From assembly GCA_965649295.1 (NCBI GenBank), contig CBFGKH010000015.1, positions 1-30,891 of the forward strand: a DNA stretch of 30,891 nucleotides. The letters are read 5' to 3'. Source of the stretch: a candidate division WOR-3 bacterium. GTDB lineage: Bacteria; Hydrothermota; Tepidihabitantia; Tepidihabitantales; Tepidihabitantaceae. The stretch's first letter is position 1; each line of letters begins with the position of its first letter. The notes beneath the pieces were generated by a model that was given only the letters and a program-made list of their open reading frames with translations, did no database searches and had not been told where the DNA came from. Below are positions 26,496 to 30,891 of the stretch, piece after piece. A program made the translations under genes and the position numbers.

Positions 26496-26728
26496 CAAGG
26501 GCGCAGAGAAGTAGATATCCAATGCACACCAAGCTACTACTGGCGGCTGAGGCGCTAATGGCGTTAGTCCGAGCCTATCGGACTGACGCTAGAGATGAAG
26601 ATGGCCAGCTCAGTGAGCAGGGACGGCAGATTGCTGACCGGGCCGAGCAGGCTTGCCGTCGGTTGCTTGAGCTGGCGCAAACGCTGGCAACCGAGCCAAA
26701 GGAGAAGAACAATGAGCAAGGCAAATAG
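26492..26728 (+). CDS. Hypothetical helical protein (78 aa)
   Basis: ATGA overlap; tiles the operon. Confidence 0.55.
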   Translation: MTRAQRSRYPMHTKLLLAAEALMALVRAYRTDARDEDGQLSEQGRQIADRAEQACRRLLELAQTLATEPKEKNNEQGK

Positions 26729-28112
26729 CAGCCAGTCGGGGCTTGCAATCACCCGACTGGAAGTCCGTAACTATCAGAGAGTCCGGTTGGCGAGAGTCAA
26801 GCTCTCGCCGACCGGACTGACCGTCATCAAGGGCAAGAACGGTCAAGGGAAAACCAGCCTATTCAACGCTATCGCCGATGCACTGGGTGTGGCCGACCGT
26901 GACCCGGCCCGGCGAGTTGTGCGGCCGGTTCAGACCGGCGCTGCGGCCGCCAAGGTGCGGTTGGAATTGGCGCCGCAAGAGTCGCCTGATGAACCGCAGT
27001 TTGTAGTCCAAAAAACAATTACCAGCAAGGGTGAATACCTGCGGGTGACCGACGCTCGAGGGGCGGCATATAGCAAGCCCCAACAGCTGCTCGACGCACT
27101 GCTGGGGCGACTCGGCGCTTTCAACCCGCTGGACTTCGTTCGAATGCGGCCCGACGAGCAACGGCAAGAACTACTCAGGCTTATAGAATGGCCCGACATC
27201 ACTGCCGACCTTGCACGACTGGAAATTGCCGTTGGCGACGGGCAGACACCGCTCGATGCGCTGGACGCTGCGGTGAATGAAGCCTACGAGTATCGCACGC
27301 AGGTCAATCGTGACCTGCGCCGGTCGCAACAGGCACTTGACGCTCTCCATTTACCGCAGGGCTGGCGGACAATGAGGCAACCCGACATCACTGGACTGTT
27401 GGCCGAGCGTGACCGGCTGTCACGACAATCACGGGAGTGGCAAGAGGCCCAGTTGGCTGTTGAGCGGGCCAGTGCCGCCGCTCACGAATCACGAGAGCGG
27501 GTAATCCAGCTGGAAGCGGCGTTACTGGCTGCCCGCAAGCGATTGGAGTCGGACGAGGCTCAGTTGGAAGCGGCCAAGAACCGATTGTCTGGACTGTCTG
27601 AACCTGATGCCAGCGAGCTGGCCCGTATAGATGCAGAGCTTGCTCAGGCCCAGACTACTAGTGCGGTGTGGGCGAGGATTGAACAGGCCCGTGCGCTGGA
27701 ACACGACCGGGCGATGGCCGAAGCCGAGTCTGAGCGGCTGACCGGGCGGATTGAAGCTATCAATCGGCTCAAGGCCCGACTTGCTGCCGAGGCGAAGGCG
27801 CCAATTCCCGGACTTGCACACGACCCCACACTGGGCGTTACCTACAACGGACAACCGCTGAGTCAATGCTCTCACTCGGAACAAATCCGGGTCGGGCTGG
27901 CGCTGGCGTATGCGTCCAACCCAAAGTTGCGGTTCGTGCGATGTCCCGAGACGATGCTCGATGGACTGGACGCCGACAACCTGCGACAGTTGGAAGACGA
28001 CCTTGCCCGTTACGGGTTTCAACTACTGGCCGAGCAGGTGTTGCGAGATGAGTCCGACGGGCTGATTATTGAGGACGGCGAGCTTGACGCCGACAACAAC
28101 AAGGAGGACTGA
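26712..28112 (+). CDS. SMC/Rad50/SbcC-like ATPase with coiled coil
   Basis: ITRLEVRNYQRV, Walker A GKNGQGKTS, long coiled coil, signature-like CSHSEQ and D-loop-like DGLD. Confidence 0.85.
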   Translation: MSKANSSQSGLAITRLEVRNYQRVRLARVKLSPTGLTVIKGKNGQGKTSLFNAIADALGVADRDPARRVVRPVQTGAAAAKVRLELAPQESPDEPQFVVQKTITSKGEYLRVTDARGAAYSKPQQLLDALLGRLGAFNPLDFVRMRPDEQRQELLRLIEWPDITADLARLEIAVGDGQTPLDALDAAVNEAYEYRTQVNRDLRRSQQALDALHLPQGWRTMRQPDITGLLAERDRLSRQSREWQEAQLAVERASAAAHESRERVIQLEAALLAARKRLESDEAQLEAAKNRLSGLSEPDASELARIDAELAQAQTTSAVWARIEQARALEHDRAMAEAESERLTGRIEAINRLKARLAAEAKAPIPGLAHDPTLGVTYNGQPLSQCSHSEQIRVGLALAYASNPKLRFVRCPETMLDGLDADNLRQLEDDLARYGFQLLAEQVLRDESDGLIIEDGELDADNNKED

Positions 28113-29407
28113 TGCCTATAAAGACAACAGTATCAACGCTGGCTGCAAACGCCGGCAATCTGACCGATAGAGAACCGGTCGCCGACTCGCTGGAATGTTG
28201 GGTCGTGCGGCAATTCCCCCCCAAGCAAGGCAACAAGGGCGGGCTGAGTCAAATGCTTGGTGTGAGCGACTCGCCGGACGGCAAGCAGGGCAGGGCGACG
28301 ATATTCCTGAACCTGCCCGACGCCAACACTCCGGTGAAGACCACGCCCGTAAGGGTTCGGCTCGACGGCGTCACCTTTCTGCGGTTGCACTCCTATCAGA
28401 ACAAGTTTGGCAAGAGCGTCAATGACCCGCAGTTCGTTGCCGAGTTCTGCGAAGTGCTGGAGCAAGGCCCGCCGGCAAAGCCTATAGACGGCAAAGCGAG
28501 CAGTAACAGCGGCGGTTGGAATGGGCTAACAAGGGACGACTCACTGCGGTGCCGGGCGTTGGAAGTGGCCGGACGCACCCTCAACACTCTCCTGATGGCG
28601 GCGCCCGACCATCCTAATTTGCTGCGAGTCGCTGACGCCGGTGCGATGCTGGCCGACCAGTATTCGCTGTGTTGCCAGTTACTTGGAATCGAGTCGCCAG
28701 CTGGCGCTGCTAGGCTTCCTGTGGATGGGCAAACAGCAACCGAGCAGACCAAGGCCCCAGGCCAGTCGGCGGGCGCCAAGCTCAGTCCTGAGGCCGCAGA
28801 GCAGGCGGCGACAATCGTCCGTCTGTGTGTCGAGATGGCCGGCGGTGATGCCGAGCTGGGGCGGCGAGTATTCACGGCCCTAACCCGCTGGACGGCACCA
28901 GACGGCCGTGATATGCCCGGCCTGACCAGTCGTGACCAGTTCAGGTCGGATGCACAAGTGCGGGCAGTGATAGCGAAAGTCGGGCCGCTTCACCACGCTT
29001 GGAAGGCGCTGAAACCGGCCGCACAGAAGCGACTGGTCAGCGTCATCACCGCCGATTACGGCACGGCGGCCGAGCTTGGCGAAGCGATACAAACCTACCT
29101 AGATGCGTTTGCCAGCGACGAGCCGGCCGTCGAACCGGCGACTGCGACCAACCCGCAACCGGCGGATGACCCGTTTGCCGAGCTGGGCGAGAACGAGTTC
29201 GTCAGCGTGACCAAGATGGCGGCGGCAGACTGGACAGCGTTTACTTCCTTGCTGGCCGCCAAAGGGTTTACTGAATCCGATGCCGACCTTGCGGCCCGGC
29301 GGTTGTTTGGCCGTGCGTATTGGGGCGAGCTAACGCATCTTACAGCAAGGGGTGCGGCCGAAGTCGTCAAGGCACTGACCCAGAACAACAAAAGGAGGAG
29401 CAAGTGA
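28112..29407 (+). CDS. Hypothetical multidomain protein, possible OB-fold ssDNA-binding/recombination protein
   Basis: AGGAGG RBS and TGATG coupling; beta-rich N-domain; lies in the recombination cluster. Function is inferred from context. Confidence 0.5.
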   Translation: MPIKTTVSTLAANAGNLTDREPVADSLECWVVRQFPPKQGNKGGLSQMLGVSDSPDGKQGRATIFLNLPDANTPVKTTPVRVRLDGVTFLRLHSYQNKFGKSVNDPQFVAEFCEVLEQGPPAKPIDGKASSNSGGWNGLTRDDSLRCRALEVAGRTLNTLLMAAPDHPNLLRVADAGAMLADQYSLCCQLLGIESPAGAARLPVDGQTATEQTKAPGQSAGAKLSPEAAEQAATIVRLCVEMAGGDAELGRRVFTALTRWTAPDGRDMPGLTSRDQFRSDAQVRAVIAKVGPLHHAWKALKPAAQKRLVSVITADYGTAAELGEAIQTYLDAFASDEPAVEPATATNPQPADDPFAELGENEFVSVTKMAAADWTAFTSLLAAKGFTESDADLAARRLFGRAYWGELTHLTARGAAEVVKALTQNNKRRSK

Positions 29408-29688
29408 AGCGCACAATAAGCGAGCTGACAATCAAGACAAGTCATCAACCGCAGGACAACACGGCGTCGTTGGAGTTGACGGCGACGGTCGCTTCCGACC
29501 AAGATGCCCGCAACTGGTTCGGCAGAACGCTGGACTTTCTGTGGGGCATTGGCGAGCCGTTTACCTGCGAAATTTCTGAGCCATTCCTGCGGGTGTGGTT
29601 TCGGCTGACTGGAAGCACGGCCGCCGACAGGATGATGGTTCTGCTCAAGAAGCTGACCGACAACGGCTGGCAATGGGCCGAAGAATGA
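29404..29688 (+). CDS. Hypothetical protein (94 aa)
   Basis: AGGAGGAG RBS and GTGA overlap. Confidence 0.65.
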   Translation: MKRTISELTIKTSHQPQDNTASLELTATVASDQDARNWFGRTLDFLWGIGEPFTCEISEPFLRVWFRLTGSTAADRMMVLLKKLTDNGWQWAEE

Positions 29689-29700
29689 GAATGCGAGTAA

Positions 29701-29732
29701 GACAGGGCCGGTCTTCGCCGGCCGGCCCTGTC
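29701..29732 (+). other. GC-rich hairpin upstream of the replication gene
   Basis: GACAGGGCCGGTC-TTCGCC-GGCCGGCCCTGTC: 13-bp stem with one U-G pair and no U-tract. Confidence 0.6.
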
Positions 29733-29752
29733 GAAACCCGAAGGACGGAGCG

Positions 29753-30667
29753 ATGAAGCGAACAATGATTGACACCGAGCTATGGTATGACCCGGCAGTG
29801 CTGGGGTTGAGTGACCGGGCGCTACGACTACTTATGCACCTACTCACCTGTCCGGCCCGGTCGTGGTCGGGTCTTTACCGTTACCCTGTGTCACAGATGG
29901 CCGCAGGCGCTGGAATGCCCGCCAAGGCCGTGCAGGCGGCGCTGGCCGAGTTGGCGCAGACAGGCGGAAAGGCCCGAACCCTGTTTGACCCCGATACAGC
30001 ATTCGTGTTTATCGCCGAAGCATTTGCAATGCAGGGGCAGTCAAACACTGAGGCCCTGCGTGGAGCGGCCGAGAATTGCCGGTTGTGTCTGCGGGCCGGC
30101 TGTTGGTTGGCGGCCGAGTTCGTCAACCGGTATCCGGCAGTAAGGAGCGAGTTGACGCCAGACGATCTAGAGGCCCTGGAGAGGGTCGCAAAGTCTTCAA
30201 TAGTCCCTCAACAGACCCTCGCCAGACCCTCACCAGAGGCACAGTATAAATGTAATAATAGTTTCTTACAGTTACAGACCAGTAGAACAGAAACAGTTGA
30301 GAAGGTTCTGGTTTACTGGAATAGCTGCGAGTTTGGCGGCGAGCGACTGACACAACACCGGCCCAACGACCGGATTGTGAAGGCGGTGAGCAAAGCTATT
30401 GACCGCTGGGGACTGGCCAAGGTGTTGGAAGTCATTGATACCTACGCCACAGTTTTGCTGAGGCCGGAGTTCTATTGGAGCTATCGCTGGGGACTTGTCG
30501 AGCTGTTGACCCGGAGCAATGCCTTAGACCACTTCTGGGAGCTGTCAAGGCGGGACACCCTCAACAAGTTCCTGCGAGAAGGCCAGCCGTTGCGATTGGT
30601 TGACGAGCTGGCAGAGTTCAGGCTGCCCGACTGGGCGAAGACCGACACCAATAAGGAGGAGCAATGA
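29753..30667 (+). CDS. Phage replication initiator/replisome organiser
   Basis: IDTELWYDPAVLGLSDRALRLLMHLLTCP...GLY...AVQAALAEL N-terminal wHTH pattern, linker with DNA repeats and a C-terminal helical domain. Confidence 0.75.
   Translation: MKRTMIDTELWYDPAVLGLSDRALRLLMHLLTCPARSWSGLYRYPVSQMAAGAGMPAKAVQAALAELAQTGGKARTLFDPDTAFVFIAEAFAMQGQSNTEALRGAAENCRLCLRAGCWLAAEFVNRYPAVRSELTPDDLEALERVAKSSIVPQQTLARPSPEAQYKCNNSFLQLQTSRTETVEKVLVYWNSCEFGGERLTQHRPNDRIVKAVSKAIDRWGLAKVLEVIDTYATVLLRPEFYWSYRWGLVELLTRSNALDHFWELSRRDTLNKFLREGQPLRLVDELAEFRLPDWAKTDTNKEEQ
30181..30275. repeat. Iteron-like 11-bp repeats plus AT-rich tract (putative replication origin)
   Basis: TAGTCCCTCAA, CAGACCCTCGC and CAGACCCTCAC in tandem (30201-30233); inverted GAGGGTC at 30181; AT-rich tract at about 30244-30272. 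Confidence 0.55.
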
Positions 30668-30891
30668 CAGAGCAGAGGAAACCGAGAATTGACTGGCAGG
30701 GGCCACAGCAGGCGGCCGACTCGCTGCGGGCATTCGTGGCCGCAGTTTGCGAGCGGTGCAAGGGCAACCAGGCCCGTCGGGACGAGTCCGGCGCTCACTG
30801 TCCTGCGACAGACGCACTGGAGCGGGCATACGAGGACGGCGCAAACCGGTTCTGCCCGTATTGCGGCACGCTTTGGGTTGGCAACCGACTG
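30664..30891 (+). CDS. Cys-rich putative Zn-binding protein, 3'-truncated
   Basis: AAGGAGGAG RBS and ATGA overlap; MTEQRKPRIDWQ...CERCKG...CPYCG; open to the window end. Confidence 0.65.
   Translation, partial: MTEQRKPRIDWQGPQQAADSLRAFVAAVCERCKGNQARRDESGAHCPATDALERAYEDGANRFCPYCGTLWVGNRL

Noticed and set aside
337..30844. Numerous minus-strand and overlapping alternative-frame ORFs (e.g. 9441..10700, 17795..18895)
   Set aside because: They are shadows of well-supported + strand genes in GC-rich DNA, with no motifs or SDs noticed.

Overview
This window is a GC-rich tailed-phage genome segment, probably most of a ~31 kb siphovirus-like genome, with essentially all credible genes on the + strand and frequent stop/start overlaps. 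Gene order: small Zn-finger/HTH genes; holin-like gene, RusA, Amidase_3 endolysin; ParB/Srx protein, Mom-family adenine hypermodification enzyme; TerS, TerL; portal-MuF fusion, HK97 protease, HK97 major capsid; neck and tail genes with a -1 frameshifted tail chaperone, tape measure, tail tip and fibre; then a sigma70-type promoter leading to a PD-(D/E)XK nuclease, SMC/Rad50-like ATPase, possible SSB and a replication initiator with an internal origin-like region. No integrase, repressor or CRISPR array was recognised. The most striking observation is a 66-nt tRNA-Gly-like cloverleaf (G1:C72/C2:G71/G3:C70, U73, GCC loop, GUGC T-loop) inside the 3' end of the mom gene, a candidate dedicated glycyl donor for DNA hypermodification. 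The mom module also lies in a ~3 kb island that escapes the genome-wide avoidance of GATC and CGCG. All family calls come from motif recognition by eye and motif counts are manual; no searches were run.
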